Shown: positions 49,024 through 57,633 of the stretch, in pieces
How the letters are laid out: each line of letters opens with the position of its first letter
Numbering within the stretch: the first letter of the stretch is position 1
NCBI GenBank assembly: GCA_007375535.1
Contig: VMEM01000004.1
Location: 22,545-86,544, forward strand
Origin: Parcubacteria group bacterium LiPW_41
GTDB taxonomy: Bacteria; Patescibacteriota; Minisyncoccia; UBA6257; GWB1-50-10
Direction: 5' to 3'
DNA length: 64,000 nt
Made by a program: the position numbers and the translations under genes
Notes under the pieces: generated by a model
Seen by the model: only the letters and a program-made list of their open reading frames with translations
Told to the model about the DNA's origin: nothing
Databases searched by the model: none

Positions 49024-51753
49024 ATGGCAACAAAGAAACTGGAAAAAGGGATCGCAAAAACAAAAAATCAAATAACACTTCGTCGAGTATTTACAAAAGA
49101 AAACGTACATCCATTTGATGAAGTTCGTTGGGTTATTCGTGATGCAAGTGTTGCCTCTTTCAAACAGTCAAATGTTGAATTTCCAGAATTTTGGTCGCCA
49201 AACGCCGTAAATATTACTGTCTCAAAATATTTTCGTGGAAAACTTGGTTCGTCAGAAAGAGAAGAGAGTGCAAAACAAATGATAACGCGTGTTGCGAGAA
49301 CAATTCGCACATGGGGGGAAAAATTTGGTTATTTTATAAACGTAAAGCAGGCACAAATTTTTGAAGACGAGTTAACACACATTCTTTTAAATCAAAAAGG
49401 TTCTTTTAATAGTCCTGTTTGGTTCAATGTTGGAGCAAAAGAAAAACCACAATGTTCTGCATGTTTTATTCTTTCAGTAGAAGATGATATGCGTTCTATT
49501 TTAGATTGGATAAAAACTGAAGGATTAATTTTTAAAGGCGGTTCTGGTGCTGGAATAAATCTTTCTTCGCTTCGTTCGAAAAATGAGCCGCTTTCAAAAG
49601 GTGGTCACGCATCTGGTCCTGTTTCGTTTATGCGCGGCGCAGATTCTGTTGCGGGAATGATCAAGTCTGGTGGAACAACACGACGTGCTGCAAAAATGGT
49701 TGTGTTAAATATTGATCATCCAGATATTTTAGAATTTATTCATACAAAATCAGAAGAAGAGAAAAAAATTCACGCATTAATGGATGCTGGATTTAATATG
49801 GGAGATTTAAATGACGACGCATGGAATTCAATTCAGTATCAAAATGCAAATAATTCTGTTCGTATATCCGATGAATTTATGGATGCAGCGGAAAAAGATG
49901 GGGAGTGGCAAACAAAACATATTGTTTCAAAGCGTGTTGCTGAAACTTATCGTGCGCGTGATTTGTTAAATGAAATTGCAAAAGCTGCATGGGAATGTGG
50001 AGATCCTGGAGTACAATTTGATACAACAATTAATAAGTGGCACACTTGTCCAAATTCAGGAAAAATTAACGCATCAAATCCATGTTCTGAATATATGCAC
50101 GTTGATAATTCTGCGTGCAATCTTGCGTCAATAAATTTAATGAAATTTATGCGTCCCGATGGAACGTTTATGACAAAAGAGTTCAGACACACTGTTGATA
50201 CTTTTATTCTCGCCCAAGAAATTATTATTGATGCTTCAAGCTATCCTACCGATAAAATAGGTGAAAATACGCATAAAATGCGTCAGTTGGGGCTTGGATA
50301 CGCCAATCTTGGTGCACTCCTTATGACTAAGGGGATTCCATATGACTCTGAAGAGGGGCGTGCATGGGCTGGCGCAATTACATCACTTATGTCTGGAGAG
50401 GCGTATCGTTTTTCTTCGATTATTGCAAAAAGAATGGGAACATTTGAAGCGTACGAGTTAAATAAAGAACCAATGCTTCAGGTTATGAAGATGCATCAAA
50501 ATGCTTCTCGAAATGTTGATACAATGTATCTTGAAGATAAAAAACTTGGAAAAGAAGCACAGATTGTTTGGGATGAAGCATATGAATTGGGAGAAAAATC
50601 TGGGTATAGAAATGCCCAAGTGACCGTGCTTGCACCAACAGGAACAATTTCATTTATGATGGATTGTGATACCACTGGTGTTGAACCAGACTTTGCGATT
50701 GTAAAAATGAAGCAATTAGTTGGTGGTGGATGGATGAAAATTGTAAACTCGTGCGTTGAACCAGCGCTTACAAAACTTGGATACAACGAAACAGAGCGAA
50801 GTGAAATTCTTTCTTGGATTTCAAGCGAAGGAACAATTGAGGGTGCACCACACTTAAAGGATTCACATCTTCCTGTATTTGATTGTGCAGCACGTCCAGC
50901 AAAAGGAAGTCGTACTATTTCTTGGAAAGGACACGTAAAGATGGTTGCTGCTGTTCAGCCATTTATTTCTGGTGCAATTTCAAAAACATTTAATATGCCA
51001 AATGAAACAAGCGTTGATGAAATCGCTGAATCATATCTTATGGCATGGAAACTCGGAATTAAAGCATTCGCGGTATATCGTGATGGATCAAAAGCAACAC
51101 AACCACTTAATACTTCGGAGAAAAAAGAAAAAAAGAATCCACAAGGTCATTTTGAAGTTCCGCTAAGAAAAAAATTACCAATGACGAGAGTTTCAGAGAC
51201 GCATAAATTTTCTATTGCGGGGCATAGTGGTTACCTCACGTATGGAATGTTTGAGGACGGAACGCTTGCAGAAATTTTTATTCGTATGTCAAAGCAGGGA
51301 AGTACTCTTTCTGGATTACTTGATACCTTTGCAATTTCTGTTTCTATGGCGCTCCAATATGGTGTTCCGTTTAGAGAGTTTGCTCGAAAGTTTATTTATA
51401 CACGATTTGAGCCTGCTGGATTTACAGAAAATCCAAATATAAAAATTGCGACAAGTATTGCTGATTATATATTTAGATATCTTTCTCTTCGATTCCTTTC
51501 TGTTGATGATCTTTCTGAATTTGGAATGTCACCACTTGTAGAAGATGCGGAACACGTGAGCATCAAAGAGCTAAAATCGCCCGTTTCTGTAGCTGCGACA
51601 AAGCCAATAGAGGAGGAGGTACGAAGCTCTGGTTATAAAAAAGGACAGACTGCAGGAGATACTGTATGCAAAAAGTGCGGAGGAATGATGGTTCGCACAG
51701 GGACGTGTCAAACTTGTTTGCAGTGTGGAACCTCTTCGGGAGGGTGCTCATAA
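49024..51753 (+). CDS. nrdJ: class II (adenosylcobalamin-dependent) ribonucleotide reductase
   Basis: 909 aa; active-site region NPCSEYMHVDNSACNLASINL; C-terminal zinc ribbon CKKCGG...CQTCLQCG typical of NrdJ. Confidence 0.9.
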   Translation: MATKKLEKGIAKTKNQITLRRVFTKENVHPFDEVRWVIRDASVASFKQSNVEFPEFWSPNAVNITVSKYFRGKLGSSEREESAKQMITRVARTIRTWGEKFGYFINVKQAQIFEDELTHILLNQKGSFNSPVWFNVGAKEKPQCSACFILSVEDDMRSILDWIKTEGLIFKGGSGAGINLSSLRSKNEPLSKGGHASGPVSFMRGADSVAGMIKSGGTTRRAAKMVVLNIDHPDILEFIHTKSEEEKKIHALMDAGFNMGDLNDDAWNSIQYQNANNSVRISDEFMDAAEKDGEWQTKHIVSKRVAETYRARDLLNEIAKAAWECGDPGVQFDTTINKWHTCPNSGKINASNPCSEYMHVDNSACNLASINLMKFMRPDGTFMTKEFRHTVDTFILAQEIIIDASSYPTDKIGENTHKMRQLGLGYANLGALLMTKGIPYDSEEGRAWAGAITSLMSGEAYRFSSIIAKRMGTFEAYELNKEPMLQVMKMHQNASRNVDTMYLEDKKLGKEAQIVWDEAYELGEKSGYRNAQVTVLAPTGTISFMMDCDTTGVEPDFAIVKMKQLVGGGWMKIVNSCVEPALTKLGYNETERSEILSWISSEGTIEGAPHLKDSHLPVFDCAARPAKGSRTISWKGHVKMVAAVQPFISGAISKTFNMPNETSVDEIAESYLMAWKLGIKAFAVYRDGSKATQPLNTSEKKEKKNPQGHFEVPLRKKLPMTRVSETHKFSIAGHSGYLTYGMFEDGTLAEIFIRMSKQGSTLSGLLDTFAISVSMALQYGVPFREFARKFIYTRFEPAGFTENPNIKIATSIADYIFRYLSLRFLSVDDLSEFGMSPLVEDAEHVSIKELKSPVSVAATKPIEEEVRSSGYKKGQTAGDTVCKKCGGMMVRTGTCQTCLQCGTSSGGCS

Positions 51754-51766
51754 AATAGATGCATAT

Positions 51767-51791
51767 AAAACCCCCTCACTAGAGGGGGTTT
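51767..51791 (+). terminator. intrinsic terminator
   Basis: aaaaccccctcactagagggggttt. Confidence 0.55.
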
Positions 51792-51829
51792 GGTTGCGTG
51801 TGGTATTAAAACAATATACTCTAAAAAAC

Positions 51830-52930
51830 GTGAGAAGATTCGGTGTATTAATTAGTTTTATATTAGTTTTTTTCCCGCTGTACACATTTGGTGCTCAGAA
51901 ATTTTCGTATGGCGTTTGGATACCATATTGGAAGCGTACTGCTGCGGTTCCCGAAGTTTCAAAAAATATTTCAAAAATAAAAACAATAAGCCCATTTTCT
52001 TATGAGGTTCAAAAGAATGGGAAGATATGGGATGCAATGAAATTGAAAGAAGAGGGATGGCTTCAACTATTAGAGTTAACAGGAAGTGAGGGAAAGACAA
52101 TCGTTCCTACAATTACATGGATGAAGGGAGATGAGATACATAGTACACTTTCTTCATCAACGCTCCGTTTGGCACATATAAAGAATATAGTCACGCTTGT
52201 AGATCAAAACGATTTTGATGGTGTAGATATTGATTATGAAAACAAATTAGCAGAGACAAAGGTTTATTTTACAAAATTTATTACTGAGCTAAAGAAAGAA
52301 TTAGCAAAAAGAAAAAAGATTTTGTCTTGCACACTTGAGGCGCGTACCCCATTAGCTTCGAGGTTTTCGATAGTTCCAAAAAATCTTGAATACGCAAACG
52401 ATTTTAAGGAGTTGGGGAAAGTGTGTGACGAGGTGCGTATTATGGCATACGGACAGGGGAATATTGATATTCTACTTAACAAAGCAAAGCGAAATAACGG
52501 GAAATATTATATGCCAGTGGCCGACAAAGATTGGGTGGAGAAGGTAATTAAAGAGGCATTGAAATCTATTAAAAAAGAAAAAATAGTGCTTGGTGTTGCA
52601 AATTTTGGATATGAATATTCTCTTTCAACTTCATCATCTTCTAGTACAGCAAAATATGAAAAGTTGAGAAGTGTGACTTATAAAGATGTTTCTAATATTC
52701 TTTCACTTCAAAATAAAAAAGGAGAAAGAAACAGTGCTGGAGAGTTTGAATTGGTTTATACTACCTCTACGATTGGGAATTCAACGAGTTCTTTGAGGTT
52801 TATATCATTTTCAGATGCGTATGCAATTCAGGACAAAATAAAACTTGCAAAGAAGTACAATCTGAAAGGAGTTATGGTGTTTAGAATAGACGGGGAAAGC
52901 GATCCAAAACTTTGGGAAATAATGAAATAA
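51830..52930 (+). CDS. GH18-family glycoside hydrolase-like secreted protein (start uncertain, GTG 51830 proposed)
   Basis: DGVDIDYEN matches the GH18 DGxDxDxE catalytic motif; signal-like RRFGVLISFILVFFPLYTFGAQ; track ORF start 51725 overlaps nrdJ and its terminator. Confidence 0.5.
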   Translation: MRRFGVLISFILVFFPLYTFGAQKFSYGVWIPYWKRTAAVPEVSKNISKIKTISPFSYEVQKNGKIWDAMKLKEEGWLQLLELTGSEGKTIVPTITWMKGDEIHSTLSSSTLRLAHIKNIVTLVDQNDFDGVDIDYENKLAETKVYFTKFITELKKELAKRKKILSCTLEARTPLASRFSIVPKNLEYANDFKELGKVCDEVRIMAYGQGNIDILLNKAKRNNGKYYMPVADKDWVEKVIKEALKSIKKEKIVLGVANFGYEYSLSTSSSSSTAKYEKLRSVTYKDVSNILSLQNKKGERNSAGEFELVYTTSTIGNSTSSLRFISFSDAYAIQDKIKLAKKYNLKGVMVFRIDGESDPKLWEIMK

Positions 52931-52954
52931 AAACCCCATTTTAGTGGGGGTTTT
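52929..52954. terminator. bidirectional intrinsic terminator
   Basis: aaaaccccattttagtgggggttttt between convergent genes. Confidence 0.6.
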
Positions 52955-52956
52955 TA

Positions 52957-53358
52957 TTAAAGTCCATGTGATTTAAAGCAGGGGATATATTTTACATCAA
53001 TTGTTGCTAGGTGATGGATGAGCCAATTTTCAAGGAAATCAATGAGAATTGAAGAAATTTCTGACTCCCCGTGTTCAAATGAGTTTTTAAACTCAGCTAT
53101 TTTTGATTGAAATTTTCTATGTTCTTTAATGTGTTCTTCCATTCCTTCGTAATTAAATTCGTGGAAATATTTTTCTTCGGTCGAAAAATGGAGGGTAATA
53201 TAGCTTTCTAAGTCAGTAAATATCTTTGCTAGATGTTCTCTTCCTTTTCCTTCCAGAATCGCTTCATAGAGTGAATTTAGTGTTGCTACAAACATTTTGT
53301 GTTGTTCGTCGATAACTGCAATTCCCATATTATATTCGGGCTTCCATTCAATTTTCAT
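52957..53358 (-). CDS. bacteriohemerythrin (hemerythrin-like metal-binding protein)
   Basis: W.PEYNMGIAVIDEQHK...H...EE..........H...H pattern of His/Glu iron ligands. Confidence 0.75.
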   Translation of the reverse strand: MKIEWKPEYNMGIAVIDEQHKMFVATLNSLYEAILEGKGREHLAKIFTDLESYITLHFSTEEKYFHEFNYEGMEEHIKEHRKFQSKIAEFKNSFEHGESEISSILIDFLENWLIHHLATIDVKYIPCFKSHGL

Positions 53359-53394
53359 ATAGAATTATTCTATCACTTTTTATAATGTTTTTCT

Positions 53395-54336
53395 GTGCTA
53401 AAATTCTGGTATATGGGAATAAATAAAAAAAGGATGATAGTTATTTTTATTGTCCTGCTTACAATTGGTGGTTTTGGTTGTGGAACATTTTTTTATTTTG
53501 ATTCGATGGAGAAGAACAAACTTCTAGAAGAGGAGGTGTCATTACTCAACAGGACACTCATTCATACAAAAGAACTTCTTTTTCGTTTACAAACAAATAA
53601 TGTAGATCTGACGGATATGCTTGAAGGTGAAAGAAATACCAATCAAGATCTTTCAAAAAATCTTCAGGTGGAGCAAGAAAAAAATACGATGTTTCAATCC
53701 CAAATTCAGAATATTTCAGGTGTGGTTGGAACGCTGCAAAAATTGAGTCAAACTGACGAAGAGCTTCTCAAAAAATATTCAAAGGTTTATTTTCTAAGTG
53801 AAAATTACATTCCATCAAAACTCTCGAGAATAGATGGACAATATCTTCTTAATTCAAGTGCTGAGCTTTATTTTCATGGAGATGTACTCCCATTTCTTTC
53901 AGTGATGATATCAGAAGCAAAAAGTAGCAATGTTGATTTAAAGATTGTTTCTGCATATCGATCATTTGATGATCAAATATCGGTAAAAACTGGATATAAG
54001 ACGCTTTATGGTTCTGGTGCAAACCAGTTTTCCGCTGATCAAGGATATTCAGAACATCAACTTGGAACTACTATAGACTTTACAAATCCAACACTAAAAA
54101 AATTGGTAACTGATTTTGAAAACAAACCTGAATATAAGTGGCTTACTGAAAATGCCTATAGGTATGGATTTGTTCTTTCTTATCCAAAAGGGAATTCATA
54201 TTACCAATATGAGCCGTGGCATTGGAGGTTTGTTGGAATCTCACTTGCAAAGAAACTTCGTGACGAGAAGAAGAATTTTTATGATCTTACTCAGAGAGAA
54301 ATCGATGCGTATCTCATATCTGTTTTTGATAGATAG
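53395..54336 (+). CDS. D-alanyl-D-alanine carboxypeptidase (peptidase M15B, VanY-like) with N-terminal TM and coiled coil
   Basis: SAYRSFDDQ, GYSEHQLGTTIDF, WHWRFVG are Zn-site motifs of VanY-type peptidases. Confidence 0.75.
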   Translation: MLKFWYMGINKKRMIVIFIVLLTIGGFGCGTFFYFDSMEKNKLLEEEVSLLNRTLIHTKELLFRLQTNNVDLTDMLEGERNTNQDLSKNLQVEQEKNTMFQSQIQNISGVVGTLQKLSQTDEELLKKYSKVYFLSENYIPSKLSRIDGQYLLNSSAELYFHGDVLPFLSVMISEAKSSNVDLKIVSAYRSFDDQISVKTGYKTLYGSGANQFSADQGYSEHQLGTTIDFTNPTLKKLVTDFENKPEYKWLTENAYRYGFVLSYPKGNSYYQYEPWHWRFVGISLAKKLRDEKKNFYDLTQREIDAYLISVFDR

Positions 54337-54416
54337 TGCAGAAAAAAAATAGTTTGACTGCTTTAATGTTTAGCAGTATAAAACTAACATACATTACAAA
54401 CTAAATAGAGGTTGTT

Positions 54417-54641
54417 ATGACTGAACGAACACTTCGCAAATTACTCGAAAAGCATGGGTATACTTATGTTCAAGAAACAGAAGCTGCTACTACCGGCACA
54501 CTTGGTGTGTATGTGGGCGACACAAACATAGTTATCTATGCTGTAAGGGGAAAAAAGAGAATCAGGCTTGGAGTGAAGGATTTAATTCTTCGGACCTCGA
54601 ATAACTCTTTTAAAAAGAATGAAGTATATAAAAAATTATAG
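54417..54641 (+). CDS. small hypothetical protein, possibly HicA/YcfA-like
   Basis: LRKLLEKHGYTYVQ...GKKRIRLGVKDLILRT loosely fits the HicA pattern; no adjacent HicB. Confidence 0.25.
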   Translation: MTERTLRKLLEKHGYTYVQETEAATTGTLGVYVGDTNIVIYAVRGKKRIRLGVKDLILRTSNNSFKKNEVYKKL

Positions 54642-54650
54642 GAGGTTGGA

Positions 54651-54965
54651 ATGTCAGGAGATCTTATAAATGGACTGTTTGAACTTTTTGGGGGAATCTT
54701 AATGTTTGGAAATTGTTATAAAATTTGGAGTGATGAGCAGGTAAGAGGATCAAGTGTTTATATTGCATTTTTCTTCACCTTGTGGGGATATTGGAATTTG
54801 TACTACTATCCATCGCTCAATCAGTGGTTGAGTTTCTTTGGTGGAGTTCTTATCGTAATTGGAAACACAATTTGGGTTAGTTTTGCAGTTTACTATTCCC
54901 AAAAAGAATTAAAAGAAGATTATTATTCTGTTGTTGAAAAATTGAAGTCAATTTTTCAAAAATAA
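54651..54965 (+). CDS. small membrane hypothetical protein
   Basis: 104 aa, 3 hydrophobic helices. Confidence 0.35.
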   Translation: MSGDLINGLFELFGGILMFGNCYKIWSDEQVRGSSVYIAFFFTLWGYWNLYYYPSLNQWLSFFGGVLIVIGNTIWVSFAVYYSQKELKEDYYSVVEKLKSIFQK

Positions 54966-55004
54966 ATTTTTCTTTAAGTTTAAAGATAAGTTTTTGAGGT
55001 TCCT

Positions 55005-55265
55005 ATGGAAAAGAAAGTTATTCCTAGAAAGGAGTATATGAAAAAACAAATAGAGGAAGCGCTTAGTGAGGAAAACAAATGGTATGCAGGAGAAAAACTT
55101 GGTCATGCTCCGACCGTTGCTGAGGCGATAATCTATTACGCAGAGTGTCCTGATGGTGGTGCAAAACATTTTGCCGAAGAATATATTCCAGAGGATATGG
55201 TTAAAAAACCAGATGAGGCTCAAAATAAGAGCACAAAAAATGAAAAAAATAATCCCCCTAAATAG
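55005..55265 (+). CDS. hypothetical protein
   Basis: 86-aa ORF ending in a terminator hairpin (aatccccctaaatagggggattttt, 55251-55275). Confidence 0.35.
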   Translation: MEKKVIPRKEYMKKQIEEALSEENKWYAGEKLGHAPTVAEAIIYYAECPDGGAKHFAEEYIPEDMVKKPDEAQNKSTKNEKNNPPK

Positions 55266-55274
55266 GGGGATTTT

Positions 55275-55715
55275 TCATTGTAAATCATTCATTGTTTTGT
55301 ATGCAGCTTCGAATTCGTGATCTAACCCAAGAGATGCGAGATTTTTTATGTAGAGTATTGCGGCATCAAAACCAATTACTATTCTTCTTGATATGCCAAC
55401 AATCATTGGACTGACAAATCCAATTTCTTTATCTAGACAAAGAATGGTGAGTTTGTCATTTGCGTTTGCGTGTGTGGTTTCTATGGTTGTGCCGGTATCG
55501 CCATGTGGTTTTTTAACATACGTTAAGGTGCAATCGCATTGTTCTACGCCGCCAAGATCTCCCGAGACGAATACGGCTATACATCCTTGTTTCGTATCGA
55601 AACGAGGATCAAAAAAATGCACCTCAGGAATTTTTTCTTTAATATAGTCTCTCCAATCGGAATAGTCTTCATATTTATCAAACGGACCAGCGAGATAAAT
55701 AGAAATGGGATTCAT
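55275..55715 (-). CDS. nucleoside 2-deoxyribosyltransferase-like protein
   Basis: N-terminal IYLAGPF motif characteristic of the nucleoside deoxyribosyltransferase/Rcl fold. Confidence 0.45.
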   Translation of the reverse strand: MNPISIYLAGPFDKYEDYSDWRDYIKEKIPEVHFFDPRFDTKQGCIAVFVSGDLGGVEQCDCTLTYVKKPHGDTGTTIETTHANANDKLTILCLDKEIGFVSPMIVGISRRIVIGFDAAILYIKNLASLGLDHEFEAAYKTMNDLQ

Positions 55716-55863
55716 AAATCCTCCTATTGTTAATGATGGTACAACAATATCACCAATATCTTGTTTGGGGCAAGTTTAGGTTTGAGTCCTTTTTGTTTAA
55801 AAATTAGAAATTGATAATTAAAAATTCAAACTCCGATATTTCTATCGGAGTTTGGTATTTGTG

Positions 55864-55880
55864 TCCCCACTAGGATTCGC
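55864..55880 (-). other. orphan tRNA 3'-end fragment (acceptor 3' strand + T-arm 3' half, matches tRNA-Lys 3' end)
   Basis: plus-strand tccccactaggattcg repeats 15 nt of the tRNA-Lys 3' end (cccccactaggattcg) but no 5' half follows. Confidence 0.3.
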
Positions 55881-55964
55881 TTCTCGCACTGCTGTGCTCG
55901 AAACCTACGTCCTCTCTTCGAAGACTGAGGCCCGCGGTTCGAATCTCTGCGTGGGTAAAACAAA

Positions 55965-55998
55965 AAGCGAGGAATAAATCCTCACTTTTTGTTTTTTG
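55965..55998. terminator. bidirectional terminator hairpin next to tRNA-Lys
   Basis: aaaagcgaggaataaatcctcactttttgtttttt. Confidence 0.5.
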
Positions 55999-56071
55999 TG
56001 CCCCCACTAGGATTCGAACCTAGGACCGTTTGCTTAAGAGGCAACTGCTCTACCAGCTGAGCTATAGGGGC
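55999..56071 (-). tRNA. tRNA-Lys (anticodon CUU)
   Basis: reverse complement GCCCCTA-TA-GCTC-AGCTGGTA-GAGC-A-GTTGC-CTCTTAA-GCAAA-CGGTC-CTAGG-TTCGAAT-CCTAG-TGGGGGC-A folds as a cloverleaf; CCA not encoded. Confidence 0.75.
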
Positions 56072-56201
56072 TTATCACTATTTCAGGTTTTCTTAAGTAC
56101 GGAGTTTACTATACAAAAAATTATATTTTTTATCAATGTTGCATCTTGTACTGTTGTTGGTACATACTAAGAAAGTTCATTTAAAACAAAGAGAGGTTTC
56201 C

Positions 56202-56579
56202 GTGATTAATTTTGAAGAGATACGCGATCGTATTTTCAGGCGTTCGAAGGGAGATACGCAAGATTCAATTGAGAGGGGGGAGTTGCGCGAAAGAGTTGTT
56301 TCCTGTGTGCTTCAGAAAATGAAGGATAATAAACAAATATTGGATTTTGTAAAAACTCCTAAGTATGGTCCTGCAGATCTTATCGATGGCATAGACTTTT
56401 ATGTCATTATCATGAAGCTTGAACGAGTTGTTATACCAATTCAGGTTACTGGTTATCGTTTTGTAGAAGAACATAAGAGAAAACACCCACTTATTGATGT
56501 GGTTGCAGTGCCAGACGAAGAAGAAAAAAGAGAAGAGGTTACGCGTAGCCAAATTGAACAAATTATTCAAAAATTCTGA
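56202..56579 (+). CDS. hypothetical protein
   Basis: GTG 56202 preceded by gagagg at -11..-6; 126 aa, no recognisable motif; track start 56136 has no RBS. Confidence 0.35.
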   Translation: MINFEEIRDRIFRRSKGDTQDSIERGELRERVVSCVLQKMKDNKQILDFVKTPKYGPADLIDGIDFYVIIMKLERVVIPIQVTGYRFVEEHKRKHPLIDVVAVPDEEEKREEVTRSQIEQIIQKF

Positions 56580-56683
56580 GCGCTTTGATGATCTTTACAT
56601 CAGGCGCTTTTTTGTTACAATTGCTAATGTTCCTTACAGAGAACAATATTCCTCGGTAGCTCAACGGTAGAGCGGCGCGCTGT

Positions 56684-57228
56684 GAACATGTGAGTCCATT
56701 CCATGGTATAATACACTGTGTTATGCCAGAAAAAAGGACTTATGCCGACAGGGCTGAATATATAAAACAGGCAGTCACTAAGAGAAGAAGAAAACTCAAA
56801 GAGATGCTTGTTGAATATAAAGGTGGAAAATGTGTTGTTTGCAAATATAAGAAGACTTCTTGGGCGTTAGATTTACACCATATTGATCCGATAAAAAAGG
56901 ATTTTAATATGTCTGTGCGTGGTCTCACGCGATCTTGGGAAAGATTAAAACAAGAGGCGGATAAGTGTGTTCTTCTTTGTGCAAATTGTCATAGGGAGAT
57001 TCATGCCGGCATTACGCAGCTTCCGAAAGCAATTTCGGTTGAAAAACGAAGTGAATTCGGGGAAACCCAAAAAGGGCAATCCCGAGCCAAGCCTCTAAAA
57101 AAGAGGAAGGTGTAGAGACTATCTCGAAAGAGAGTACTGTTTCATATTTATTTATGAAATGGGAAGCGCTTCGCATCCCTCAGGGATGATGATATAGTCC
57201 ATCCTTTATGGAAACATAGAGATAAATG
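56684..57228 (+). mobile_element. intron-like insertion in tRNA anticodon loop (most consistent with a group I intron) carrying an HNH homing-endonuclease ORF
   Basis: 545 nt between tRNA halves; 5' exon ends with U, insertion ends with G; internal ORF with HNH motif; structured 3' tail (ggaagcgcttcgcatccc / cagggatgatgatatagtccatcc). Confidence 0.5.
56723..57115 (+). CDS. HNH endonuclease (intron-encoded homing endonuclease candidate)
   Basis: CVVCKY....LDLHHIDP.........CANCHREIH is the canonical HNH zinc-finger/catalytic His-Asn-His core; basic C-terminal tail. Confidence 0.75.
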   Translation: MPEKRTYADRAEYIKQAVTKRRRKLKEMLVEYKGGKCVVCKYKKTSWALDLHHIDPIKKDFNMSVRGLTRSWERLKQEADKCVLLCANCHREIHAGITQLPKAISVEKRSEFGETQKGQSRAKPLKKRKV

Positions 57229-57276
57229 TAACGCGATGGTTGTAGGTTCGAATCCTACCCGAGGAGCAAAAAATAA

Positions 57277-57309
57277 AAACGGCGGATTTATTCCGTTGTT
57301 TTTATTTTC
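57277..57309 (+). terminator. intrinsic terminator after the split tRNA
   Basis: aaaacggcggatttattccgttgtttttatttt. Confidence 0.5.
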
Positions 57310-57328
57310 CCAGATTAGGATTCGAATT
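57309..57328 (-). other. second orphan tRNA 3'-end fragment (acceptor 3' strand + T-arm 3' half + T-loop)
   Basis: plus-strand tcccagattaggattcgaa is the reverse complement of TTCGAATCCTAATCTGGGA; no matching 5' half in the next 100 nt. Confidence 0.3.
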
Positions 57329-57409
57329 GCAGGCCGGAATTATAAAATAATGAGATCTCGACCGAAGAGAGGGATAAATCCTATTTAACGATTGTGATAT
57401 GATTTTCGT

Positions 57410-57571
57410 ATGGGAAAAATAATATATTCAATTTGTGCTTTACCACTTGGAGTTTTTGTATTCGTGTATGGTGGATATGATGATAGTCCTGGCGCACAAT
57501 TGCTCGGCTTTTTAGTGGTTGTTTCTGGTGTTATTAGTGCAATAAGAAGTAAAAAGAAAGATGTTCGCTAA
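57410..57571 (+). CDS. small membrane protein (53 aa), not in ORF track
   Basis: MGKIIYSICALPLGVFVFVYGG...LLGFLVVVSGVISAIRSKKKDVR: two hydrophobic helices, basic C-terminus. Confidence 0.25.
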   Translation: MGKIIYSICALPLGVFVFVYGGYDDSPGAQLLGFLVVVSGVISAIRSKKKDVR

Positions 57572-57633
57572 TAGAATTTGTATTTTTTTGATTTATTAAT
57601 TGACATATTTTTATTTTTAAATAAAATTAGGAA

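Larger units (their letters stand above)
56650..57266 (+). tRNA. split tRNA (anticodon GUU, tRNA-Asn, tentative) interrupted in the anticodon loop by a 545-nt intron; exons 56650-56683 and 57229-57266
   Basis: 5' half TCCTCGG-TA-GCTC-AACGGTA-GAGC-G-GCGCG-CTGT; 3' half TAA-CGCGA-TGGTT-GTAGG-TTCGAAT-CCTAC-CCGAGGA-G; acceptor and T stems pair perfectly; exon 1 ends in U and the intervening sequence ends in G. Confidence 0.6.

Noticed and set aside
51725-51829. 5' extension of the GH18-like ORF overlapping nrdJ
   Set aside because: It runs through the nrdJ stop and its terminator hairpin and contains no ATG. A downstream GTG/TTG start followed by a signal-peptide-like segment fits better.
55716-55998. 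possible tmRNA or other structured RNA on the plus strand ending at the 55965-55998 terminator
   Set aside because: A T-arm-like GGTTCGAATC is present, but there is no matching 5' acceptor strand, no tag-peptide ORF, and the length is too short. It is kept only as a tRNA-fragment observation.
56136-56201. upstream ATG start of the 56136-56579 ORF
   Set aside because: It would begin inside the tRNA-Lys flanking terminator region with no RBS. GTG 56202 with an upstream GAGAGG is more plausible.
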